Source: Candidatus Magasanikiibacteriota bacterium
GTDB lineage: Bacteria > Patescibacteriota > Patescibacteriia > Magasanikbacterales > UBA922
Reading direction: 5' to 3'
Assembly: GCA_018651085.1 (NCBI GenBank)
Contig: JABIEQ010000014.1
Span: 97,807 to 161,806, forward strand
Length of the DNA stretch: 64,000 nucleotides
Position numbers and translations under genes: made by a program. Shown piece after piece: positions 28,485-37,776 of the stretch (position 1 is its first letter; every line of letters begins with the position of its first letter). The notes beneath the pieces are model-generated. The model saw nothing but the letters and a program-made list of their open reading frames with translations, was not told where the DNA came from and did not search any database.

Positions 28485-29444
28485 TTAAGAAAGTGCCGCA
28501 GCACCTCCAGCAATTTCAGCAATTTCTTGGGTAATTGCAGCTTGACGTGCTTTATTATATTCTCGGGTAAGGTCTTCAATTAAATCTCCGGCATTATCAC
28601 TCGCATTTTTCATGGCAACCATCCGTGAACTATGTTCACTTGCGGTTGATTCAAGGATTGCTTGATACAATTGTACCTCAACAAGTTTTGGTAAAATTGT
28701 TTCAATAATTGTTTCAAGATCTGGTTCAAATAAATACCGTTCAATTTCAGCAGTATCAGCCGTTAATGATTCTCCTTTTCCTGAAGGTAATTCATTTCCC
28801 ATTTTTTCTAAATCATGAGGAGAAACAGGAAGCACTTGACGTACCTTCACTTCTTGAGATAATCCACTAATGTAATGCGTATAAGAAACTAACACTTTGT
28901 CATACGTTTTATCAATATACCCACGAATAGCCATGTCACTTACTGACAAAATATCTTCAATCTGTGGTTTTTCGTGAAGATCATCAAATACAGCTGGCAA
29001 GTTATACCCATGTTTTTTAGCAAACCAGGCACTTTTTTTTCCAACACCGAGAATATCAATCTCAATATCAGTTGTAAATTCTGGGACATCTCTATTTTCA
29101 GCAACACGATGTTCTCCGAGCCGTTTAGTGTTCTCAAGAACAGCTTTTGTATGTTTAAACACATTGGCATTAAATCCACCACAAAGCCCTCTATTAGAGC
29201 TCATCACCACAACCAACACTTTTTTCACTGGTCGAAGTTCAAGTAACGGATAATTCGGTTCATCAAGAAAAGCTAAGCGATGCAAAAGTTCACGCGCAAG
29301 TGTTGCGTACAATCGAGTATTTTCAGCAGCCTCAACTGCTTTACGCATCTTTGCAGCTGACACAAGTTCCATCGCTTTCGTGATTTTCTTTGTGTTCTTT
29401 GCTGATTTGATCCGTTGTTTTACGGCTTTTGCATTAACAGCCAT
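28485..29444 (-). CDS. atpG: ATP synthase gamma
   Basis: KITKAMELV, RGLCG, RQAAITQEI. Confidence 0.98.
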   Translation of the reverse strand: MAVNAKAVKQRIKSAKNTKKITKAMELVSAAKMRKAVEAAENTRLYATLARELLHRLAFLDEPNYPLLELRPVKKVLVVVMSSNRGLCGGFNANVFKHTKAVLENTKRLGEHRVAENRDVPEFTTDIEIDILGVGKKSAWFAKKHGYNLPAVFDDLHEKPQIEDILSVSDMAIRGYIDKTYDKVLVSYTHYISGLSQEVKVRQVLPVSPHDLEKMGNELPSGKGESLTADTAEIERYLFEPDLETIIETILPKLVEVQLYQAILESTASEHSSRMVAMKNASDNAGDLIEDLTREYNKARQAAITQEIAEIAGGAAALS

Positions 29445-29447
29445 ATC

Positions 29448-30944
29448 TTAACTAAGCGTTTTAAATTCTTCACAAAGGGCTTTCAATCCTGTTTGTACTT
29501 CTTCACTCCACTCCCCAGCTTTAATACTTCCTAAAATCGGCGCATAACTTCTATCAGCAAGTTCAAGTAATCTCTTTTCTGCAGCCTTCACATCGTTAAC
29601 AGGTATCTCATTAAAGTGTCCTTGTCCTGCAGCATAGATTGACACTACTTGGTGTTCAACACTAAGCGGTGCATATTGTGCTTGTTTCAAAAGTTCTGTC
29701 ATCCGACGACCAAGATCAATTTGTCTTTTTGTGTCAGCATCAAGATCACTAGAAAATTGCGCAAACGCTTCAAGTTCACGAAATTGAGCAAGTGTTAATT
29801 TCAAACTTCCTGCTACTTTTTTCATTGGTTTAATTTGCGCAGCTCCTCCAACACGAGATACTGAAAGTCCTACATTAAGTGCTGGTCGAATTCCTTTATA
29901 AAACAAGTTTGTTTCAAGAAAAATCTGTCCATCCGTAATAGAAATAACATTTGTTGGAATGTACGCTGATACATCTCCACCTTGTGTTTCAATAATAGGT
30001 AATGCAGTGATTGATCCCCCACCATTTTGATCATTTAAGTTACATGCTCGTTCAAGTAATCGTGAGTGAAGATAAAACACATCCCCTGGATACGCTTCAC
30101 GCCCTGGTGGTCGTCGTAACAATAGTGACATTTCTCTATATGCCCAAGCTTGTTTTGTAAGATCATCATAAATCACAAGGACATCTTTTCCTTTATCAGC
30201 AAAATATTCTGCCATCGAACAACCAGTATATGGTGCAAGGTATGACATAGGAGCGGGTTCACTAGCTCCAGCTGAAACAACAATGGTGTAATCCATTGCA
30301 CCAGCTTGTTGCAATACTCGTACTGTTCTTGCTACTTTTGATTCTTTTTGTCCAATAGCAACATACACACAAATCATGTCTTGCCCTTTTTGGTTTAAAA
30401 TTGTATCAATAGCAATCGCTGTTTTACCAGTTTGTCTATCACCAATAATAAGCTCACGCTGCCCTCGTCCAATTGGAATAAGTGCATCAATGGCTTTAAT
30501 CCCAGTTTGCATTGGCGTATCAACCGGCGTTCTTGTCATCACGCCCGGAGCAATTCTTTCAACAGGATAAAAATCATCTTCTTTTATATCCCCTTTTCCA
30601 TCAATTGGAAGTCCAAGTGCATTGACCACTCGACCAATCATTTTTTCTCCAACAGGGACAGATAAAATCTTTCCTGTTCGCTTAACGGTTGCTCCTTCTC
30701 GAATACTTGTAAAGTCACCTAAAATAACAGCTCCAACAGTCTCTTCTTCTAGGTTAAGAGCAACACCAATAGTACCATCTTCAAATTCAAGCATTTCTTG
30801 TGACTGACATTTGGTAAGCCCACTCATACGAGCAATACCGTCCCCTACTTCAACAACAGTTCCTACTTCTTCTGTTTGTACATCTGTTTGAAACGATGCA
30901 ATGTGCTTTTTGAGTTCTTTTATAATTTTATCCGTGTGTGACAT
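29448..30944 (-). CDS. atpA: ATP synthase alpha
   Basis: [22 protein letters not shown]. Confidence 0.99.
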   Translation of the reverse strand: MSHTDKIIKELKKHIASFQTDVQTEEVGTVVEVGDGIARMSGLTKCQSQEMLEFEDGTIGVALNLEEETVGAVILGDFTSIREGATVKRTGKILSVPVGEKMIGRVVNALGLPIDGKGDIKEDDFYPVERIAPGVMTRTPVDTPMQTGIKAIDALIPIGRGQRELIIGDRQTGKTAIAIDTILNQKGQDMICVYVAIGQKESKVARTVRVLQQAGAMDYTIVVSAGASEPAPMSYLAPYTGCSMAEYFADKGKDVLVIYDDLTKQAWAYREMSLLLRRPPGREAYPGDVFYLHSRLLERACNLNDQNGGGSITALPIIETQGGDVSAYIPTNVISITDGQIFLETNLFYKGIRPALNVGLSVSRVGGAAQIKPMKKVAGSLKLTLAQFRELEAFAQFSSDLDADTKRQIDLGRRMTELLKQAQYAPLSVEHQVVSIYAAGQGHFNEIPVNDVKAAEKRLLELADRSYAPILGSIKAGEWSEEVQTGLKALCEEFKTLS

Positions 30945-30953
30945 ACAATATTC

Positions 30954-31340
30954 TTAAGCTAAACTACGTGTTAATTCTTGTAATTGTTTTTTAATACTTG
31001 CGTCAAAGATAATGTTTCCATCCCGAACGACAACACCACCAATAAGACTTTTATCAACAGAAACGGTGGTTTCAACATTCTTTCCAAAGGGTTTAACAAT
31101 CTCAGTAATGCTCTTAGCAGATAACGCTCGTGCACTCGTAATCTCAATCTCTCTAATACCGTCCTCTTTTTTCGCATGTTTTTCAAATGCAGCAATAATG
31201 TAATCAATCTTTAAAAGCATTTGATCTTTATGAAGCAGTGTCACAAACACCTTCAACACATCACTTACTTCTTTATCTTTCGCTTCATGAAGTAAAGTAT
31301 AAAGAATTTTGGCATATTGTACTGGAAGCAATGTTGCCAT
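30954..31340 (-). CDS. atpH: ATP synthase delta (short form)
   Basis: ITSA, VDKSLIGG, DASIK; operon position. Confidence 0.88.
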   Translation of the reverse strand: MATLLPVQYAKILYTLLHEAKDKEVSDVLKVFVTLLHKDQMLLKIDYIIAAFEKHAKKEDGIREIEITSARALSAKSITEIVKPFGKNVETTVSVDKSLIGGVVVRDGNIIFDASIKKQLQELTRSLA

Positions 31341-31342
31341 AT

Positions 31343-31849
31343 TTACTTAATTGAAGAAACCATCTTAGAAATAAAGGCTTCATCTTTTTTCTTATCAAAC
31401 TTTTCACCAATAACTTTTTCAACCGCAGCAACAACAAGTTGAGCAGTTTCTTTTCGTAAATCCTCTCGCATTTCTTCTTTATCAATATCAATATTTTTCT
31501 TTGCTTGAGAAATTAACAATTCAATTTCTTCTTTTGCTTTTTCTTTCATAGTACCAGAAAGCTTTTTCGCGTGTTCATGCGCTGCTTCTACTACACCATT
31601 CGCTTCAACTTTTGCTTCATCAATAAGTTGTTGAGATTTTTGTTGAGACATCTGAAGCTCAGTTTTTGCTTTTTGGATATTTTCAACACTGTCACTTACT
31701 TCTTTATGACGCTGCTTTAATACTTTCATCACTGGACCAAAGGCATATCGCTTTAAAATCCAAAACAAAATCAAAAAGTTAATAAGATTAAATAAGGCCA
31801 TTTGCCATTCAAAACCAATTTTTCCGAGTGTATCTAAAATAAATTGCAT
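31343..31849 (-). CDS. atpF: ATP synthase b
   Basis: INFLIL TM helix followed by a coiled coil. Confidence 0.93.
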   Translation of the reverse strand: MQFILDTLGKIGFEWQMALFNLINFLILFWILKRYAFGPVMKVLKQRHKEVSDSVENIQKAKTELQMSQQKSQQLIDEAKVEANGVVEAAHEHAKKLSGTMKEKAKEEIELLISQAKKNIDIDKEEMREDLRKETAQLVVAAVEKVIGEKFDKKKDEAFISKMVSSIK

Positions 31850-31876
31850 ACAAAAGTCATAATTAAATCGTTGTAA

Positions 31877-31915
31877 GGAGGGTGTAGATGAAATTCAGTT
31901 TCATCTATACCCTCC
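31877..31915. other. 17-bp stem-loop between atpE and atpF
   Basis: ggagggtgtagatgaaa-ttcag-tttcatctataccctcc; no U-tract. Confidence 0.75.
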
Positions 31916-31938
31916 GCGCAAACGCGAAAGAGGATGAT

Positions 31939-32160
31939 TTAGATGATGAAAAACGCCACAAGTGCGTAAATTGCAGTAGATTCTGCAAGTGCCACACCAA
32001 TAATCATGTTGGTGAAGATCTTTCCTTCAAGCTTTGGATTTCGTCCCATAGCTTCAATAGCCTTACCAATAAGGTATCCTTCTCCGATTCCAGATCCTCC
32101 CATAGTAACGGTACAAAGACCTTTGGCAATAAGCCGTGCTGAGTCAATATCAAGTGCCAT
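31939..32160 (-). CDS. atpE: ATP synthase c subunit
   Basis: GxGxGxG, RNP loop, AESTAIY. Confidence 0.96.
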   Translation of the reverse strand: MALDIDSARLIAKGLCTVTMGGSGIGEGYLIGKAIEAMGRNPKLEGKIFTNMIIGVALAESTAIYALVAFFII

Positions 32161-32192
32161 ACACGTATATATTAAATAACTAAATAATTAAC

Positions 32193-32999
32193 TTAAACTG
32201 GTAATGCTTCCCCGGTCACTTCTTCCATTTGCTTCACGGCTTGAGTGTAGTACGCTGCAGATAACGCTCCAAACACCATAGCTTGGAGCACGCCAACTAA
32301 CACATTCATTGCAAGCCATACGGTTGGGACTGCAAACGCAAACGCTCCAAGAAGCACCGCTGCCAAGACTTCCCCGGCATACATGTTTCCAAACAAACGT
32401 AGCGATAACGATAATACTTTTGCAAGTTCAGAAACCACATCAAGTAAACCAATTGCAAAATCAATAATAGAAATAAGTCCTTTTCCAAATCCTTGACGAA
32501 AACCAGCAACCACTTCTTTAATCTTTACGTATTTTCCTAAGTGAGCAAATAACCCAAATGATTTAATGCTCATCACCTGACTTAAAAGCACAATCCCTAA
32601 CGCAATGGTAAAGGTCATGTTAAAATCATTTGTTGGCGACCGAAAAAGTGGCACCTCATTATAGGTAATAGACGCAAGTCCTGGGATAAGAGTAATAAGG
32701 TTTGAAATACCAAAGAAAAGGAAAATCGTTCCAATCAATGGCAAAAGCTGCTCTGCGGCCTTTCTGTTTCCAGTAATTTGTTCTATAAGGCCCAAGAAAG
32801 CTTCAACCATCATTTCAAGAAACGATTGAGAACTTGTTGGTTTCAATTTTAATCGTCGTGACGCAACAAAGAAAAAAACAAGGACACTTATGGTAATACA
32901 TGCTCCGAGCATCATGGCATTCGTTACCGTCAAACTACCGATTGAGAAAATAGCTTCTGGCTGAACTGTCGGTTGTGCGGCATCTACTTGAAAAAACAT
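32193..32999 (-). CDS. atpB: ATP synthase a
   Basis: SPTND, SLSLRLFGNMYAGE, LQAMVF. Confidence 0.96.
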   Translation of the reverse strand: MFFQVDAAQPTVQPEAIFSIGSLTVTNAMMLGACITISVLVFFFVASRRLKLKPTSSQSFLEMMVEAFLGLIEQITGNRKAAEQLLPLIGTIFLFFGISNLITLIPGLASITYNEVPLFRSPTNDFNMTFTIALGIVLLSQVMSIKSFGLFAHLGKYVKIKEVVAGFRQGFGKGLISIIDFAIGLLDVVSELAKVLSLSLRLFGNMYAGEVLAAVLLGAFAFAVPTVWLAMNVLVGVLQAMVFGALSAAYYTQAVKQMEEVTGEALPV

Positions 33000-33019
33000 G
33001 TCATTTCTTTATTAATTCG

Positions 33020-33316
33020 TTACGCGTCAGGGGCATCCTTCGGATCTTCTTTTTTTGAAGCATCTCGTTCTTCTTTATCAAGTGCTTGAAACTCACGCCT
33101 GAGTCTCATATGCATACGGATAACCAGCGTCCAAGAAAGTAAAAACGCAACAATTAAACAAATAAGTGTCCCATTTGAGCCTACATCATAATTCGTATCC
33201 ACCCAATCCCCTAAAAAATAAGCAATAAAAGCTGGTATACCAAAAATGAATAATACGCGAAGCATCAAACGAAAGGTCTTTTGAGTAAGGGCTTGTCGTC
33301 TTTCTTCTATATCCAT
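33020..33316 (-). CDS. AtpZ/AtpI-family membrane protein
   Basis: Two TM helices with G-x-WVD; first gene of the atp operon; start re-called to MDIEE. Confidence 0.75.
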   Translation of the reverse strand: MDIEERRQALTQKTFRLMLRVLFIFGIPAFIAYFLGDWVDTNYDVGSNGTLICLIVAFLLSWTLVIRMHMRLRREFQALDKEERDASKKEDPKDAPDA

Positions 33317-33393
33317 ATAGTAAAATTTGAACGGCACTATTATACTAAAAAAAACACAATACGTCAACGTATATAAAATATTGGTGTGTGTAT

Positions 33394-33421
33394 AAAAAAA
33401 CGGCTTATCTCAGCCGTTTTT
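33394..33421 (-). terminator. Terminator after tatD
   Basis: aaaaacggct-tatctc-agccgttttt. Confidence 0.75.
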
Positions 33422-33429
33422 ACATATAT

Positions 33430-34275
33430 TCAGATCTGTATGCGAGAAAAGAGGGTTTTTGCATTTTTAGTACTCAATAGAGCCACTTCTTCAACAGACA
33501 ACCCTCGAAGATGAGCAATAAAATCGACCACTTCCTCTACCATCCACGGTTCACATCGCTTTCCTCTATACTTTTGTGGGGCTAAAAATGGTGAATCTGT
33601 CTCTACAAGAAGTTTTTCAAGAGGAATTCTATGTAATACATCTATAAGCGCTAATTGAGCATTAGGATCTGTTTTTTTCGGAGGAAATGTCACAACCCCT
33701 GTAAAACCAAGATATAAGCCAAAACCAATATATGCCTCTGCTTGTTCCCAGTTTCCAGTAAAACAATGAACTACCCCCTTAACAGGTTGAGGAAGTGTTT
33801 GTAATAATGCAATCATTTCATCATGTGCTTCTCGAACATGAATGACTAAAGGAAGATCATGACGAACAGCAAATGCATGGTGCGCTAAAAATACAGCTTG
33901 TTGTGTTTCAAAAATAGATTCAGCTGATACATCTTTAGGAATATGATACTTATCAAGTCCAGTTTCACCAACCGCAATAACTTTAGATGATGTTGCTAGT
34001 TCATCGTAATACGTCACATCAAATGCTTCTCCTCGAGATTGGAACGTCGTATCTTCTTCAACCACCTTTACCACATGCTCTTGAATGGGATGAAGACCAA
34101 TCGTCGCATATATATTATCATGTGCTTCAGCAAGTTCAACAGCTTTTTTACTCGTATCTTTTTGCGTACCAACAACATTCAAAACAATACCTTTTTCAAA
34201 AGACCTTCTAAGCACATCGTTACGATCTTCATCATACGCTTTGAATTGTACATGACAATGAGTATCAATGATCAT
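33430..34275 (-). CDS. tatD: TatD family DNase
   Basis: DTHCH, GLHP, GETGLD, HVREAH, HCF, ETDSP. Confidence 0.95.
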   Translation of the reverse strand: MIIDTHCHVQFKAYDEDRNDVLRRSFEKGIVLNVVGTQKDTSKKAVELAEAHDNIYATIGLHPIQEHVVKVVEEDTTFQSRGEAFDVTYYDELATSSKVIAVGETGLDKYHIPKDVSAESIFETQQAVFLAHHAFAVRHDLPLVIHVREAHDEMIALLQTLPQPVKGVVHCFTGNWEQAEAYIGFGLYLGFTGVVTFPPKKTDPNAQLALIDVLHRIPLEKLLVETDSPFLAPQKYRGKRCEPWMVEEVVDFIAHLRGLSVEEVALLSTKNAKTLFSRIQI

Positions 34276-34276
34276 A

Positions 34277-34801
34277 TTACTTTACAACCTCCGTTGCTTG
34301 CTCAATAAATTGTGCTGCTTGAGGAATAAGAGGAACAACAACGTTAGCAACTGCTTGCGCATATGGGGCAATAACTGAATCAGCAATTTTTTCAGTTATG
34401 GTCTCAGAAAAAGGAAACCGTTCAATAAAATATAACACTAAACCAATAGCAATAAGCCCTTCAACAAGCCCAAGGACAGCACCAAGTAATCGATTAAATG
34501 ATTTTACAAATGGCAACCAAGTAACAATACCGGTAAATTTTTCAATCAAATAAAATAAAAAACCAATCAATCGATTGATAATAAAAAATAATAAAACAAA
34601 CACCACCACCTTCACAAGATTTTCACTCCACCCTGTACTTGAAATAAGCCACGAAGAAATAGGTTCATAATAAATACTCGCAAGTATGGCACCAAGAACC
34701 GTTCCAACAAGAGACCCTAATGTATGAATAAGACCAAACCAAAGACCAAATAATACAAACCCCACTATAATAATGAGTAATAAGACATCAAAAAATGCCA
34801 T
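34277..34801 (-). CDS. cvpA: CvpA family protein
   Basis: D-x-LLL, G-x3-G, NRLLGAVLG. Confidence 0.85.
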   Translation of the reverse strand: MAFFDVLLLIIIVGFVLFGLWFGLIHTLGSLVGTVLGAILASIYYEPISSWLISSTGWSENLVKVVVFVLLFFIINRLIGFLFYLIEKFTGIVTWLPFVKSFNRLLGAVLGLVEGLIAIGLVLYFIERFPFSETITEKIADSVIAPYAQAVANVVVPLIPQAAQFIEQATEVVK

Positions 34802-34819
34802 AAGCCTATATATAACTAT

Positions 34820-36316
34820 CTATAAACGAGGAAAAAGTGGATCTCCTTTTGTAAGTATAGCATGTTCCTTAAGTCTTCCCCATTCTTTTTCTTCAGCAAA
34901 AGAAGAAAGATTATTGTGATCAATGCCAAGAGCTAAGAAAATTTGTTCTGCTGCACCAGGAATAATAGGTAAAACAGATAGAGCAATGTGACGCAAACAT
35001 TCTGCTAATTCATATAACACTGATGAAATGTCTTCTCCAGCATTCGCCTTTTCCCATGGTTTTTGTGCTGAAATATATTTATCGCACTTCGCAACGAATC
35101 CATTAACAAGAGACACTAACTCATCAAACCGGTATGTTTCAAAAGCCCGATCATACGCTTCCCAAAAAGTAGCCGTAGAAAAAACATCCGGGACCAAAGA
35201 AGGTACTTTTCCTTCATTATATTTTTCTACCATGGTAAGAATACGACTTGTAAGATTCCCTATTCCATTTGCAAGGTGAGCAGTATAAAATTCTTTAAAT
35301 CGTTCTTCTGACCAGTCTCCGTCGTCATATGCTGGGAGTGCACCCAAAAGATAAAACCGTACAGCATCTGTTCCATATTTTTCTACCACATCAAATGGGG
35401 CCACAACGTTTCCAACACTTTTGCTCATTTTTTTTCCTTCTGACGTAATAAATCCATGGATAAAAATTTGTTTTGAGGGTGAAAGTTTTGCTGACATAAG
35501 CATGGCTTGCCACATAGCAGATTGCTGACGAAGATTATCTTTTCCAGCAACCTGTACCCCAGGCCAATACGCATTAAAGTCCCCTTCTTCTGGCCAGTTA
35601 AGCGTAGAAATATAATTTACAAGGGCATCAAACCACACGTACATAACGTGATCTTCATCATTTGGAACAGAAACGCCCCACGGCATCTTTGATTTCAATC
35701 GAGACACACTAAAATCCTTTAATCCACCTTCGACAAAATTTTTAATTTCTTGCAATCGATTTTTTGGAACAACAAAATCAGGATTATCTGCATACAACTT
35801 CAAAAGTGGTTCCTGATATTTAGAAAATCGGAAAAAATAATTTTCTTCATCAATCAATTCAATTTCGTACGTTGGATGAATGTCACATTGACCATCAACT
35901 AACTCTGAATCTGTTTTTTCAAGTTCACACCCAACACAATACTTTACTTGATACTGTTCTTTATAAATATCTCCATTATCAAAACATTTCATCCAAAATG
36001 CTTGTGCAGCTTTTTTATGTTTTTCATCCGTCGTCCGAATAAAATTTGTATAACTGACATTCAACGCACCTTTAAGGGCATCAAACTTTGCAGCATACTC
36101 GTTAACATAGTCTTGCGTGTCCATACCGCATTCCTCGGCCTTTCGATGGATCTTAAGCCCATGTTCATCCGTTCCAGTATTAAATACCACTTCCTTTCCA
36201 AGCATTCGTTGATACCGACAAATTGCATCAGCCTGCACAATCTCAAGAGCAAACCCAATGTGTGGATCTGAATTAACGTACGGAAGAGTTGTTGTAAGAT
36301 AAAACGATTGTGGCAT
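34820..36316 (-). CDS. metG: Methionyl-tRNA synthetase (short form)
   Basis: PHIG, GTDEHG, YVWFDAL, KMSKS. Confidence 0.97.
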   Translation of the reverse strand: MPQSFYLTTTLPYVNSDPHIGFALEIVQADAICRYQRMLGKEVVFNTGTDEHGLKIHRKAEECGMDTQDYVNEYAAKFDALKGALNVSYTNFIRTTDEKHKKAAQAFWMKCFDNGDIYKEQYQVKYCVGCELEKTDSELVDGQCDIHPTYEIELIDEENYFFRFSKYQEPLLKLYADNPDFVVPKNRLQEIKNFVEGGLKDFSVSRLKSKMPWGVSVPNDEDHVMYVWFDALVNYISTLNWPEEGDFNAYWPGVQVAGKDNLRQQSAMWQAMLMSAKLSPSKQIFIHGFITSEGKKMSKSVGNVVAPFDVVEKYGTDAVRFYLLGALPAYDDGDWSEERFKEFYTAHLANGIGNLTSRILTMVEKYNEGKVPSLVPDVFSTATFWEAYDRAFETYRFDELVSLVNGFVAKCDKYISAQKPWEKANAGEDISSVLYELAECLRHIALSVLPIIPGAAEQIFLALGIDHNNLSSFAEEKEWGRLKEHAILTKGDPLFPRL

Positions 36317-36324
36317 ATATATAA

Positions 36325-36738
36325 TTAACCTTTTTCAAAAGCAAACCCTTTTTTAATAATCTGTTTAGCATTAGGCCATAAAAATGTATATTCATCAAGT
36401 TCATGAAGGTCTATCCAAGCAAAAGAAAGATGCTCATCACTAAGGATAACAGGATCATTACTTTCAATAAAAGAAATAATTGCACAAATCGATGTCTTTG
36501 TACGCTCGATATACCAGATATCAGAATCAACAAGACCGAGATTTTTATAAGTAGTACAACCAATTTCTTCTTTCAGTTCACGAGAAAAAGCAACTTTTGC
36601 AGATTCCCCTTTATCTATACGTCCCCCTGGAAGTCCCCAATAACCAGGTGAACTTGCAAATTCAAGAATAAGACATTTTCCTTCATGCATAATAATTGCA
36701 GCTTGTGAAATTTGAAAATATTCAAAATTATTTTCCAT
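36325..36738 (-). CDS. NUDIX hydrolase
   Basis: WGLPGG-x3-GES-x5-RELKEEIG; LSDEH. Confidence 0.92.
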   Translation of the reverse strand: MENNFEYFQISQAAIIMHEGKCLILEFASSPGYWGLPGGRIDKGESAKVAFSRELKEEIGCTTYKNLGLVDSDIWYIERTKTSICAIISFIESNDPVILSDEHLSFAWIDLHELDEYTFLWPNAKQIIKKGFAFEKG

Positions 36739-36768
36739 ATATATTATATATCATGATATACTTTGTAT

Positions 36769-37004
36769 CGAGACAACGTTGGTACACTTAAACGAGTTCC
36801 CATACGAAAGTATGGTCCTAAAAGCTGCCGCCTGTAACAAGGTGTGAAAGCACCACAGGAAAGGTGAACGCTGTATAGGTACGCCAACTGGGGGCTGAGG
36901 GAATTGTTTCGTATGGTCAAAGGCACTATCACGGAAGAACACTTACCAAAGAACCTTTTTGCACCACGAGAGAGCGTCTTCTCCCCCACGTCTCTCTCAT
37001 TTTT
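36769..37004 (+). ncRNA. Unassigned structured RNA (~235 nt; 6S-like topology possible)
   Basis: Extended -10 TGaTATACT at 36754-36762, two GAAA tetraloop hairpins, long irregular rod, terminal hairpin with U-tract. Confidence 0.6.
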
Positions 37005-37671
37005 ATGAAACGACAATAACAAATTCTCCTTTCGCGGGAATATTCATTTCAAGAATTTCAGACATTGTTCCACGATATATTGTTTCAAACTTTTTTGTTA
37101 ATTCTCGACACACACAAACTTGTTTTTTTTCATCAAGTCCCTCGGCTAATTGCTTGAGGGCTTTTTCTATCCTATGACACGATTCATAAAACACGACCGT
37201 ATGTGTTGTAGCACAAACCCTATCAAAAAATTGCTGTCGACGTTTCTTATGAGGTGGAAATCCTAAAAACGAAAATGAATCTAACCGAAAGCCACTAATT
37301 GATAGGGCTGTTACAACGGCTGAAGCACCAGGGATAGGCACAATAGACACATCAGGAAGTTCATGCCTAACCGCGAACACTAGTTCACCACCAGGATCAC
37401 TAATTCCGGGAGTCCCAGCATCAGTAACAAGCGCAACATCATCTCCTTGGCGAAGCATATCCATAATCTCATCCGTTTTCTTTTGAGCACTATGCTGATG
37501 GTAGCTTCTTGCATGAGTATCAATATTATATCGAGAGAGTAATCTTGATGTCACTCGTGTATCTTCACAAAAAATCACTTCAACTGCTTGAAGTGTATCA
37601 ATGGCTCTCTCAGAAAAATCCCCAAGATTTCCAATAGGCGTAGCGACGATATATAAAGTAGGATTAGTCAT
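37003..37671 (-). CDS. rsmI: 16S rRNA C1402 2'-O-methyltransferase
   Basis: LYIVATPIGNL, EDTR, DAGTPGISDPG, RELTK; start re-called to MTNPT. Confidence 0.95.
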   Translation of the reverse strand: MTNPTLYIVATPIGNLGDFSERAIDTLQAVEVIFCEDTRVTSRLLSRYNIDTHARSYHQHSAQKKTDEIMDMLRQGDDVALVTDAGTPGISDPGGELVFAVRHELPDVSIVPIPGASAVVTALSISGFRLDSFSFLGFPPHKKRRQQFFDRVCATTHTVVFYESCHRIEKALKQLAEGLDEKKQVCVCRELTKKFETIYRGTMSEILEMNIPAKGEFVIVVS

Positions 37672-37776
37672 AGTTAGGCTTAGTGTAGCAAAAAAATAAA
37701 AAACAGGCAACCTTCTCCTATAACTAAAATACAGAAAATTTGCTATACTGTAAACATCAATAACACTATAATATTT

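Noticed and set aside
36769-37004. RNase P RNA, SRP RNA, tmRNA or c-di-GMP riboswitch
   Set aside because: Lacks the P4 GAGGAAAGUCC/CGGCUUA pairing, the SRP helix-8 symmetric loop and tRNA-like ends; only superficial GEMM similarity
36744-37022. 92-aa and 63-aa minus-strand ORFs, or a T-box/SAM leader for metG
   Set aside because: Not protein-like; no T-box or SAM consensus; GNRA loops and terminator polarity favour a plus-strand RNA
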